Made by a program: the position numbers and the translations under genes
Shown: one piece after another, positions 9,044 to 18,848 of the stretch
Position numbering within the stretch: position 1 is the first letter of the stretch
Layout: every line of letters starts with the position of its first letter
Assembly: GCA_003285105.1 (NCBI GenBank)
Contig: CP030158.1
Span: forward strand, 851,447 to 915,446
Source of the DNA: Roseithermus sacchariphilus
GTDB lineage: Bacteria; Bacteroidota; Rhodothermia; Rhodothermales; MEBIC09517
DNA: 64,000 nt
Reading direction: 5' to 3'
The notes under the pieces: generated by a model
Databases searched by the model: none
The model's input: the letters and a program-made list of their open reading frames with translations, nothing else
Told to the model about the DNA's origin: nothing

Positions 9044-12000
9044 ATGAACAGACCGCCCGAACAGACCGTCCAGACCACCTGCTGCTACTGCGGCGTCGGA
9101 TGCGGCGTCACGGTGACGCGCCACCGCGACGGGCGCCTCTCGCTCCGGGGCGACGAGGACCATCCAGTGAACCGGGGGCAGCTCTGCAGCAAAGGCCGCT
9201 ACCTGCACCACGTAGCCATGGACCGGAGCGACCGGCTGCTCCATCCGCTGCTCCGGCACCGCCGCACCGAACCGCTGCGACGGGTGGGGTGGGACGAAGC
9301 GCTGGAGTATACGGCCGGCGTCTTCCGCGGCTTCATCGAGGCCCATGGCCCCCGCTCGGTCGGGTTCTACGTGTCCGGGCAACTCCTCACCGAGGAGTAC
9401 TACCTCGCCAACAAGCTGATGAAAGGCTTCATCGGCGCCAACAACATCGACAGCAACTCCCGGCTGTGCATGAGCTCGGCCGTGACGGGCTACAAGCTCG
9501 CCCTGGGCGACGATACGCCCCCCTCTGCTACGAGGACATCGAGGCCTGCGCCTGCTTCTTCATCGCCGGCGCCAACCCGGCCTGGTGCCACCCGATCCTG
9601 TTCCGCCGCCTCGAAGCCCACAAACAACGCCACCCCGACGTCAGGATCATCGTGGCCGATCCGCGCCGGACGCAATCCTGCGCGCTGGCCGACCTGCACC
9701 TCCCGCTCCGGCCCGGCACGGACATCGTCCTCTTCAACGCCATCGCCGCCTACCTTATCGAACACGACCTCATCGACCGGCCCTTCCTGGAGGAGCACAC
9801 CGTCGGCTTCGACGCCTGCAAGGCGGCCGTGGAGGGGCTCACGCTGGAGCAGGCCGCCGCCACCTGCGGGGTACCGGCCGAGGACCTGCGGCAGGCCGCG
9901 CAATGGATTGGAGAAAGCCCGACCATGATGACGATGTGGGCGATGGGGCTGAACCAGAGCGAACGGGGTACGGACAAGAACCTGGCGCTGCTGAACCTCT
10001 CGCTGCTCACCGGCAAAATCGGCAAACCGGGGTGCGGGCCGTTCTCGCTGACGGGCCAGCCCAATGCCATGGGCGGCCGGGAAGTCGGCGGGCTGGCCAA
10101 CCTGCTGGCCTGCCACCGCGACCTGGCCAACCCCCACCATCGCGCCGAGGTGGCCGCCTTCTGGGGAGTCGATGCCATCGACGCGCAACCGGGGCTGACG
10201 GCGACGGAGATGGTGGCGGCGATGGAGCGCGGCACGCTCAAGGCGATCTGGATCATCGGAACCAACCCGGCCGTCTCGATGCCCGACCTCCAGCGGCTCG
10301 AACGGGCCATGGCCACCTGCGAGTACGTCGTCGTGCAGGAGATCTCCGAACGGGCCGAAACGCTCCGCTTTGCCGACTGTGTCCTGCCGGCGGCGGCCTG
10401 GCTGGAAAAAGAGGGGACGATGACCAATTCCGAGCGGCGCATCACCTACCTGCCCGCCCTCATCGATCCGCCGGGCGAAGCCCTGCCGGATGCCGAGATC
10501 CTCTGCCGCTTTGCCGACGCGATGGGCTGGGGAGCCGCCTTCAACTATGCCGGCACGGCCGAGATCTTCGACGAATATCGCCGCCTCACCCGCGGCACGC
10601 CCATCGACATCTCCGGCCTCAGCTACGACCGGTTGCAGCGTGAACGCTCGGTGCAATGGCCCTGCCCCGCCGACGACCATCCCGGCACGCCGCGCCTGTT
10701 CACGGACGGCCGATTCTGGACCGACGACGGGAAAGCCCGCCTCCACGGCGTCTCTCCGGCCCCCCTGCCCGAACCGCCGGACGACACGTTCCCCCTCATC
10801 CTCACCACCGGCCGCCTCCGCGACCAGTGGCATACCCGGACCAAGACCGGCAAGGTCAACCGCCTCAACCAGCATCAGCCGGTGCCGCTGCTGGAAATCC
10901 ACCCGGACGATGCCCTGCCCCTCGGCCTGAAGGACGGCGCCACGGCACGGGTCCGCAGCCGCTTCGGCGCGGTCGAGGTCCGCACGACGCTCAGCGATGC
11001 CATCCGCCCCGGCACCGTCTTCCTGCCCATGCACTGGGGCACCCTGCCCGGCGGACGCGATGGGCGGGCCAACCTGGCTACCAGCCCTCGCGTCGACGCC
11101 CGCTCCCGGCAGCCCGACTTCAAGTACACCGCCGTCCGCATCGAGCGGGTCGCCAAGAAAAAGGAGCGCATCCTCGTCGTCGGTGCCGGAGCGGCCGCGC
11201 GCCACTTCGTGGAAACGTACCGCCGGTACAACACGGAGGACGAGATCCACGTCTTCGGGCGCGAGCCGCACGGGTTCTATAACCGCATCCTGCTCCCCGA
11301 CTACATCGGCGGCGAGCGCACGTGGGCCTCCCTCTCCACGATGAACGAGGCCACCACTCGCGCCCTCTCCCTGCACCTGCACCTCGGGGTCGAGATCGTC
11401 AAGATCGACCGCGCCGCCCGCACCATCGAAGACGCCAGCGGAACGCGCTATCCCTACGACAAGCTGTTGCTCTGCACCGGCAGCCGGGCCTTCGTGCCGG
11501 CCGGCGTACCGATGGGGTGGGACGGGGTCTTCAGCCTGCGTACCCGTTGGGATGCCGACCGCATCAAACACTACCTCGAACCCGGTGCCCGCGTGTTGAT
11601 CATGGGGGGCGGCTTGCTCGGGCTCGAGATGGCCGCGGCCCTGCACCACGCCGGCTTCCGTGTGACGATCCTCGAGATGGCCGACCGCCTCATGCTACGC
11701 CAGCTCGACCCCACGGCCAGCGCCCTTCTGCAGGACGAACTCGAAGACCGCGGCATCGAGGTGTGCTGCGGAGACGTGGCGGTGGACTACCTCGGCCACG
11801 GACGCATCCGCGGTGTGCTCACCCGGGCCGACCGCCACCTCGCCTGCGATGCCCTCATCGTGGCCGTGGGCACCCGCCCGAACATCGGCCTCGCCGTCCG
11901 CGCCGGCCTCCATCACAGCCGCGGCGTGACGGTCAACGACCACCTGCAGACGAGCGACCCGTGCATCTACGCCGCCGGAGAGATTGCCGAGCACCGGAGC

Positions 12001-12606
12001 GAGCTCTACGGGATTACCCCGGCGGCCGAGGAACAGGCCGCCGTCGCCGCCGCGCACATGGCCGGGGACGCCTGGGCGGCCTATGACGGCTCGGTGCCCT
12101 TCAACATCCTCAAGATCCAGGGGCTCGATGTGTGCGCCCTCGGCCGCTCGGTCGTCCCCGAAGACGAGGCCGCGCTCTACGACGAGATCGTCTTTCTGGA
12201 CCGGCGCCGGCGGGTCTACAAGAAATGCGTGGTGCAACAGGACCGGCTCGTCGGCGCGATCCTCGTGGGCGACCGGGCCGAGTTCGACACCTTCCGCCGC
12301 CTCATCGATACCGGCGTCGAACTGGAAGAGCAACGCGGGACCCTGCTGGGCGGGGCCGCGGCCGGGCACGCCGTCTCCCCACCGCTCGGGCGGCTCGTCT
12401 GCAGCTGTATGCACGTCGGCGAGGGCAACCTCCGGCAGTTCATTGCCGACGGATGCACGGACCTGCCAACCCTGTGCAACCGGAGCCGGGCCGGCACCGG
12501 CTGTGGCAGCTGCCGCCCCGAGGTCCAGATGATCCTGGAGCACGAGCTGACCCTGATGGCCACGGCCGAGGGAGACGGCAGCACCGGCGTCCCGGCCCTG
12601 ACGTGA
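9044..12606 (+). CDS. nasA: Assimilatory nitrate reductase catalytic subunit (molybdopterin) fused to a NirB-like FAD/NAD(P)H oxidoreductase and a BFD-like [2Fe-2S] domain. The reading frame is interrupted by an apparent single-base (-1) frameshift at 9518-9523.
   Basis: N-terminus MNRPPEQTVQTTCCYCGVGCGV ([4Fe-4S] MopB). The N-terminal part is in frame 2 (ORF 8951..9928), and the protein continues in frame 1 (ORF 9100..12606) from PLCYEDIEACACFFIAGANPAWCHPI. The C-terminal third carries ILVVGAGAAARHF...LLCTGSRAFVP...GEIAEHR (pyridine nucleotide-disulfide oxidoreductase) and CSCMHVGEG...CGSC (BFD). Confidence 0.85.
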
Positions 12607-12903
12607 CGGCCATGCCCCGCATCAGGCCGGCTGCTTCCGTCCCGGATCGGCCACGCCCCTGCCGGCACGCGGCCTTCGGTCGCCACAGGGGCGCGGTGCA
12701 ACCGGCACCCGATGCGGCCGCCGGCCGGACGGCCCGGGGTCGACGGCTCCGTTTTCACGATCGATGAGCCAGAGCACGATCGCCGTGTTGACGACCATCA
12801 GCACGACGGCCAGCACATAGATCCACCCCATGTCTGCACGCTTCGAAGGTTCATTCCAGACGTCGTAAACATACGCAAACGCGGACACCGTGCAACCCCT
12901 TCC

Positions 12904-13359
12904 ATGAGAGTCGTTGACAAGGAACTGTATCTCGGAGCCGCCCTGACACAGATCGTCGAAAGTACACGGTTTTCTTCCATGCGCAAGGCCAGCGCAGCCA
13001 TCGGCCATTACGAGATCAACGAAACGCGCCGCCTGCTCATCCGCTACTCCAGATCGCCGCGCGGACCCTGGTACTTCACGTTTCGCCCGCGCGACCTGCA
13101 CCTGATCCGGGACGAGATGGCGGCCGGACACGCGTTCTTCCTGGGGCTCGTCTGTGGCACGACGGCCACGTGCCTGCTCACGACCGGGCAGATCGGCCAG
13201 GTTCTCGACCTGCCGACCACCGAGGCCCAGCCTATCACCGAGGCCCAGTCTATCCGGGTACACACCCGCCCCGGCGCGAGCCTGAGCGTGAGCGGAAGCG
13301 GGGGCACGCTCGACGGCAAAGTCACGCATCATGCCTTCCCCACCCGGCTGTTTCGCTGA
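12904..13359 (+). CDS. Small hypothetical protein (about 150 aa) in a locally low-GC segment.
   Basis: GC3 is high in the + frame, while local GC is about 53-55% against about 68% background. No recognisable family. An RDEMAAGH (Rx6H) motif is noted. An overlapping minus-strand ORF 12622..13407 makes the strand assignment not fully certain. Confidence 0.35.
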   Translation: MRVVDKELYLGAALTQIVESTRFSSMRKASAAIGHYEINETRRLLIRYSRSPRGPWYFTFRPRDLHLIRDEMAAGHAFFLGLVCGTTATCLLTTGQIGQVLDLPTTEAQPITEAQSIRVHTRPGASLSVSGSGGTLDGKVTHHAFPTRLFR

Positions 13360-13415
13360 TGCACCCCGCCCCTCCGACGGCCCGGCCGGCCGGGCGCTCC
13401 GTTGCACGCGGCGGA

Positions 13416-14384
13416 TCAGTTGAACAGCACGACAACGGCACGTGCCGCATCGCCTTCCAGCACCGGAAAGCCGATGGCCGCCTCCAGCCCGGCGCGGGCA
13501 GCGGCTTCGCAGCGCACGAAGCCGGCCTCCCGCGTGAGCCGCTCGAACACGACGGGCATCCGGTCGGCAAAGACGCGCCCCGGCAACCCTACCCCCGGCT
13601 CGAACGTGGTGGCCCGGCTGACGGCCTCGAATGCAGACAGCCGGCCGTAGTATCCCGCCGTTAACCTCAGCGTGCCATCCCGGCCCGGCTGCCAGATCTC
13701 CATGACACGCGCCATGGGCGTGGCTGCGGAGGTCAGCAGCAGGAGCACCCGGCGCACACCGTCGGCATCCAGCACCGGAATGCCGAGCCCCGCGCTCAAG
13801 CCGGCGGCCGCCGCCGCCCCGGCACGGACGAAGCCGCGCTCCCCGGACAGGCTCTCGAACAACACCGGCATCCGCGCCGCAAGGACCTGCCCGGGCAGCC
13901 CCACACCCCGCGCAAACGTCGTCGCACGGCTGAGGGCCTCAAAGGCCTGCATCTCTCCGTAAAAGCCATCCTCCCATTCCATGCGTGTGCCGTCGGGGCT
14001 GCATCGCCAGATCTCGAAGGCCCCGGCCCCCGCCTCCGACGCGGCGAACAGCAGCGTCACCACCGCTTCCACCTCCTCGCCATGCAGCACCGGCAGCCCC
14101 ACCCCCGCGCTGAAGCCCGACCGAGCCGCGACCTCGGGCCGCACGAAGCCTCGATACAGGGTCAGGTCTTCGAGGATCATCGGAGCTTTGCGCAGCAGCA
14201 CCTGCCCGGCCAGCCCCTGCCCTCGGGCGACACGGACCGGCAAGGCAGCCCGCGACCCGGGCTCGCCGCCCCGATAAAAGCCGGCCTGGAAATGCAGGCT
14301 GGTGCGTTCTCTGTCGGGAATCCACACTTCCATGGCCCGCACCAGCGAGGGAGGTCGCCGTTTCACCGAAGAACGAGCACGCAT
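13416..14384 (-). CDS. Protein made of three tandem GAF-like domains with no output domain.
   Basis: Three repeats of about 100 aa: MEIWxPxxDGTLRLTAGYYG...FEAxSRATTFxxGVGLPGxVxxxRMPVxFExL..ExGFVRxxAAxxAGLxAxxGxPVL. An alternative start lies at about 14333 (MEVWIP...). Confidence 0.75.
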   Translation of the reverse strand: MRARSSVKRRPPSLVRAMEVWIPDRERTSLHFQAGFYRGGEPGSRAALPVRVARGQGLAGQVLLRKAPMILEDLTLYRGFVRPEVAARSGFSAGVGLPVLHGEEVEAVVTLLFAASEAGAGAFEIWRCSPDGTRMEWEDGFYGEMQAFEALSRATTFARGVGLPGQVLAARMPVLFESLSGERGFVRAGAAAAAGLSAGLGIPVLDADGVRRVLLLLTSAATPMARVMEIWQPGRDGTLRLTAGYYGRLSAFEAVSRATTFEPGVGLPGRVFADRMPVVFERLTREAGFVRCEAAARAGLEAAIGFPVLEGDAARAVVVLFN

Positions 14385-14486
14385 GAGGCCGAGGAAGCAA
14401 TGTCAACGGATCCGCTGGGAGGCCCGGTGGCTGGATCCCGATGGGTGGATGGATAGCGCCGCCGGGGGAGGCTCTTCACGCCGCGC

Positions 14487-15806
14487 TCACTCCCCGCCGC
14501 GGCGTTCCGGGCCGAGGCGGCGGGCGCCGTCCATGAAGCGCTTGACGCCGTCGGCCCCGCGCACGATCTGGAAGCTGTCATACAGCTCGCCGGTGACGGT
14601 CATCGCCCGGTAGGTGAGCAGGTCGGGGGTGACGTCGATGACCTGGTAGAGCTGGGTATCCTCCGCCGCCCGGTCCATCCAGTCCGCCTCCGGGCTGAGG
14701 CGGTACATCTTCGGCCCGCTCACCGAGACGACGTAGACCGTCCCGGCCTCGGGGTCGCGCTGGTTGACGCCCACCGGCAGGTTGTGCCCCCGGCCGTAGG
14801 CATGGTCGTGCCCCTGCAGGACGAGGTCGACCCGGTACCGGTCGAACAGCGGTTTCCAGGCCGCGCGCAGCGCCTCGTTGTCCCGCCCCCGAGCGGCAGA
14901 GAAGATCGGGAAGTGGAAGGTCACCACCGTCCAGTGGTTGGGGTTGTCCGCCAGCACCGTCTCCAGCCAGGCGGCCTGCTCCTCGATGTGCGTCAGCGTG
15001 TTCAGGCCGATGATGCGGACGCCCTGGTAGTCGATGACATAGGCCGTTTCGTCGAGGGCCGGGATCTCGTGCGGGGGGAGGGTGAACTGGTGCCGCCATT
15101 GCCGGGCGAGGACGTCGGCGTCGTCGGGGCTGTCCGGCAGCGGGTCGTACTCATGGTTGCCCGGCACGGGGATGCCCGGCACCATCCGGTGGATCCAGCC
15201 GCCGGCGGCGAACCACTCGTGCCACTCCAGATCGCGGTGCGCCCGGTTGACCAGGTCGCCGGCATGGATGATGAAGCGGGCCCGGGGCGCCTCGGCATAG
15301 GCCTCGCGAATGGCCCGCGACCACATCGAGAAGATCTCGTTCTGCGCGTCGCCCACGTAGATGAAGCTGAACGGCTCGGGGGTGTCGCTCGCCGTGCGGA
15401 ACTGGATCCACTCGCTCCAGTGCTCGGCGCCGTCGCCCACGCGGTAGACGTAGCGCGTGTTCGGGCGCAGGTCCGTGAAGACCACGCTGTGGTAGTGTGC
15501 CAGGCCGCTCTCCGTCTCCAGCGCCGACGTCGTGGCGGCCACCGTCGTCACGCTGTCGCGGAAGCCCGGGCCGGCGGTGGCCACGGCCAGCTCGGCAACG
15601 GCCTCGGTGACGGAGGCATCGGTTCGCCAGGTGACGGCCTGCGTGGTGGCGGGATCGCCGGACCAGGTCAGCATGATCCGGTCGGGTTGACGGGTCGGGC
15701 GCGGGTCGAGGTCGACACCGGTGGCCCCCGGGAGAGCCGGCAGCAGAGCTGCCAGCACGAGGCCCCCGGCCATCCGGGAACGCCACCGGGCAAACGAGAC
15801 GTGCAT
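14487..15806 (-). CDS. Secreted metallophosphoesterase, purple-acid-phosphatase-like with an N-terminal Fn3-like domain.
   Basis: GDAQNEIF...HAGDLVNR...GNHEY metal-ligand motifs, plus a signal peptide. Confidence 0.8.
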   Translation of the reverse strand: MHVSFARWRSRMAGGLVLAALLPALPGATGVDLDPRPTRQPDRIMLTWSGDPATTQAVTWRTDASVTEAVAELAVATAGPGFRDSVTTVAATTSALETESGLAHYHSVVFTDLRPNTRYVYRVGDGAEHWSEWIQFRTASDTPEPFSFIYVGDAQNEIFSMWSRAIREAYAEAPRARFIIHAGDLVNRAHRDLEWHEWFAAGGWIHRMVPGIPVPGNHEYDPLPDSPDDADVLARQWRHQFTLPPHEIPALDETAYVIDYQGVRIIGLNTLTHIEEQAAWLETVLADNPNHWTVVTFHFPIFSAARGRDNEALRAAWKPLFDRYRVDLVLQGHDHAYGRGHNLPVGVNQRDPEAGTVYVVSVSGPKMYRLSPEADWMDRAAEDTQLYQVIDVTPDLLTYRAMTVTGELYDSFQIVRGADGVKRFMDGARRLGPERRGGE

Positions 15807-15903
15807 GGGTCAGCAAAAAGATCGATTATTGGGATATCGGTGTTTACGCCATCCGATGCTGGAACACAACCATCGCCCCCCGATCTTTACGTCACCTTTC
15901 GTC

Positions 15904-17868
15904 ATGCGTCCGCACGTCCTGCTCGTCCTTTCCCTGATCCTGTGGGCCGGTTGCACCGCCGAGCCCGCCACCAACATCACCGTCCCCGCGCTCTTCTCCG
16001 ACCACATGGTCCTGCAACGGGACCAGGACGTGCCCGTCTGGGGGACGGCCGACCCGGGCGGCCGCGTCACCGTCACCCTGGGCGACCGCCAGACCGCCGC
16101 CACCGCCGGGCCCGACGGCCGCTGGCAGGTGACGCTGCCGCCGATGCCGGCCGGCGGGCCGCACACGCTCACCATCGCCGGAGCCGAAACGCTCACCTTC
16201 GAGGACGTGCTCATCGGCGAGGTGTGGATCGCCTCGGGGCAGTCGAACATGGAGTGGAGCGTCGAGAACTCGAACGATGCCGCCGCCGAGATTGCCGCGG
16301 CCAACTACCCCCGCATCCGGCTCTTCGACGTCCGCCACACGGTCAGCAGCACCCCGCTCGACTCGGTCGCGGCGGACGGCTGGCGCGTCACCAGCCCGCA
16401 GACGATCCCGTCGTTCTCGGCGGTGGCCTACTTCTTCGGACGGACGCTGCACGAGGCGCTGGACGTCCCCATCGGCCTGATCAGCACCAACTGGGGCGGC
16501 ACCCGCGCCGAGGCCTGGACCAGCCGCGACGGGCTGGCCGCCTTCCCGGAATTCCAGCCGTACCTGGCGCAGATGGATTCGTTCGAGGTGCCGCTGCAAC
16601 GGATGCAGGAGGTCCTCGCCGCCCGCTACCGGGAGCGCATCCAGACCGGGGACGCCGGCTATCAGGCCGCCGTGCCGTGGTTCCGGCCCGAGGCCGAGGA
16701 CGCCGACTGGGCGACGATGACGCTGCCGACGCTGTGGGAGCAGGCCGGCCTGGACGGCCTCGACGGCGTCGTCTGGTTCCGCCGCACGGTCGACCTGCCG
16801 GCCGGCTGGGCCGCCGAGGACCTGACGCTTCGCCTCGGCGCCATCGACGACGCCGACTCGACGTGGGTCAACGGCGTGCTGGTGGGCCACACGAACGGCT
16901 ATGACACCGAGCGCGTCTACACCGTCCCGGCCTCGGCGCTGCGGCCCGGCCGCAACGTCATCAGCGTCCGCGTGGTGGACACCGGCGGCGGCGGTGGGAT
17001 CTACGGCGAGGCGACGCAGCTCCGCCTCTCTCGGCCCTCCGGCGCGTCGCGCTCGCTGGCCGGCCCCTGGCGCTACCGCGTCGGCATCCGGGTGGACGAC
17101 CTGCAACCCCCCATGCGCCTGCAGGACTACCCGACGGCCCTCTACAACGGCATGATCGCGCCCCTCATCCCCTACGCCATCCAGGGGGCCATCTGGTACC
17201 AGGGCGAGAGCAACGCCGACCGCGCCTACCAGTACCGGGACCTCTTCCCCGCGATGATCCGGGACTGGCGGCAGCACTGGGGACAGGGGGATTTCCCCTT
17301 CTACTTCGTCCAGCTCGCCAACTTCATGGCGCCCCAGACCGACCCGAACGAGGCCAGCGCCTGGGCCGAGCTGCGGGAGGCGCAGCTGATGACGCTCGCC
17401 CTCCCCAACACCGGCATGGCCGTCACCATCGACATCGGCGAGGCCGACGACATCCACCCGCGCAACAAGCAGGACGTCGGCTACCGGCTGGCGCAGTGGG
17501 CGCTGGCCGAGACCTACGAGCGTGCGGACGTCGTGCCCTCCGGCCCGCTCTACCGCTCGATGACGAAGGAAAACGGGGCCATCCGCCTCGCCTTCGACTA
17601 CGTCGGCGGCGGGCTGACGACGCCGGACGGGGCGCCGCTGCGGGGCTTTGCCATCGCCGGTGCGGACCGGCGCTTCGTCTGGGCCGATGCCCGCATCGAC
17701 GGCAACACGGTCGTCGTCTCGAGCCGGGCGGTCGCCGATCCGGTGGCGGTGCGCTACGGCTGGGCCAACAACCCGGCGGTCAACCTCTACAACGCCGAGG
17801 GCCTGCCGGCCTCTCCCTTCCGCACGGACGACTGGCCCGGCGTCACCGTGAACAACCGAACGCCCTGA
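15904..17868 (+). CDS. Sialate O-acetylesterase-family (SASA/DUF303) carbohydrate esterase with an inserted beta-sandwich domain.
   Basis: Signal peptide MRPHVLLVLSLILWAGC. Characteristic GQSNMEW motif. C-terminal GWANNP motif. Confidence 0.75.
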   Translation: MRPHVLLVLSLILWAGCTAEPATNITVPALFSDHMVLQRDQDVPVWGTADPGGRVTVTLGDRQTAATAGPDGRWQVTLPPMPAGGPHTLTIAGAETLTFEDVLIGEVWIASGQSNMEWSVENSNDAAAEIAAANYPRIRLFDVRHTVSSTPLDSVAADGWRVTSPQTIPSFSAVAYFFGRTLHEALDVPIGLISTNWGGTRAEAWTSRDGLAAFPEFQPYLAQMDSFEVPLQRMQEVLAARYRERIQTGDAGYQAAVPWFRPEAEDADWATMTLPTLWEQAGLDGLDGVVWFRRTVDLPAGWAAEDLTLRLGAIDDADSTWVNGVLVGHTNGYDTERVYTVPASALRPGRNVISVRVVDTGGGGGIYGEATQLRLSRPSGASRSLAGPWRYRVGIRVDDLQPPMRLQDYPTALYNGMIAPLIPYAIQGAIWYQGESNADRAYQYRDLFPAMIRDWRQHWGQGDFPFYFVQLANFMAPQTDPNEASAWAELREAQLMTLALPNTGMAVTIDIGEADDIHPRNKQDVGYRLAQWALAETYERADVVPSGPLYRSMTKENGAIRLAFDYVGGGLTTPDGAPLRGFAIAGADRRFVWADARIDGNTVVVSSRAVADPVAVRYGWANNPAVNLYNAEGLPASPFRTDDWPGVTVNNRTP

Positions 17869-17998
17869 CGAGGTGCCCAGCCCTGACGAGGTACCCGGCC
17901 CTGACGTGCGAAGCGGACAGAACGGCGCGCGAAGGGTGGCCGTCCGGTGCGGTGTCTGCGCTGCTGCTCCATGACGGCTGCTCCATGACGGCTGCTCC

Positions 17999-18658
17999 AT
18001 GACGATCCCCCGGGTCAAGATCTGCTGCATACAAAGCCTCGATGAGGCCCGGCTGGCCATCCGCTACGGCGCGGCAGCGCTGGGGCTCGTCTCGGCGATG
18101 CCCAGCGGGCCGGGCGTCATCGACGAAAGCCGGATCGCCGCCATCGCCGCGCAGGTGCCTCCCCCGATCGGCACCTTCCTGCTGACGTCGCTCCAGGACG
18201 CCGAGGCCATCATCGACCAGCAGCGGCGGTGCCGGACCAACACGATCCAGCTGTGCGACGCGCTTCCGGCCGACGCCTATCCGCGCCTGCGCCAGGCCCT
18301 GCCCGGCATCGCCCTCGTCCAGGTCATCCACGTCACCGGCCCGGCCTCCGTCGACGAAGCCGTCCGCGTGGCTCCGCACGTGGATGCGCTGCTGCTCGAC
18401 TCCGGCAACCCGGCGCTGGCCGTCAAGGAGCTCGGCGGCACGGGCCGCACGCACGACTGGGCGCTCAGCCGCCGGATCGTCGAGCGCGCGGGCGTGCCTG
18501 TCTTTCTCGCCGGCGGTCTGCGGGCGCACAATGTGGCCGAGGCCATCGCCCGCGTCCGCCCTTTCGGCGTCGATCTCTGCACCGGAGTCCGCGTCAACGG
18601 CTCTCTGGACGAAGCCCGGCTCCGCGCCTTCATGCACCGTGTGGCCGGCCTCTCGTAA
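17999..18658 (+). CDS. trpF: N-(5'-phosphoribosyl)anthranilate isomerase.
   Basis: MTIPRVKICCIQSLDEARLAIRYGAAALGLV...FLAGGLRAHNVAEAI matches the PRAI TIM-barrel signature. Confidence 0.85.
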   Translation: MTIPRVKICCIQSLDEARLAIRYGAAALGLVSAMPSGPGVIDESRIAAIAAQVPPPIGTFLLTSLQDAEAIIDQQRRCRTNTIQLCDALPADAYPRLRQALPGIALVQVIHVTGPASVDEAVRVAPHVDALLLDSGNPALAVKELGGTGRTHDWALSRRIVERAGVPVFLAGGLRAHNVAEAIARVRPFGVDLCTGVRVNGSLDEARLRAFMHRVAGLS

Positions 18659-18848
18659 GGGGGATGCGGTGCTCGCGGGGCGGTGAGCCGGCCCGATGCG
18701 CGTCGTCCGGCCTCTCCATGCCGGGCGATCCCCTACGCGAGATGTCCGGCCCGACGTGCAGCGCCCTGCTTGCCCGGAACGATGCAGGCGGCTATCATGA
18801 AACCGCTTCCAGCTCCACCACCCGTCTCACCCTATTCGGTACGACCCC

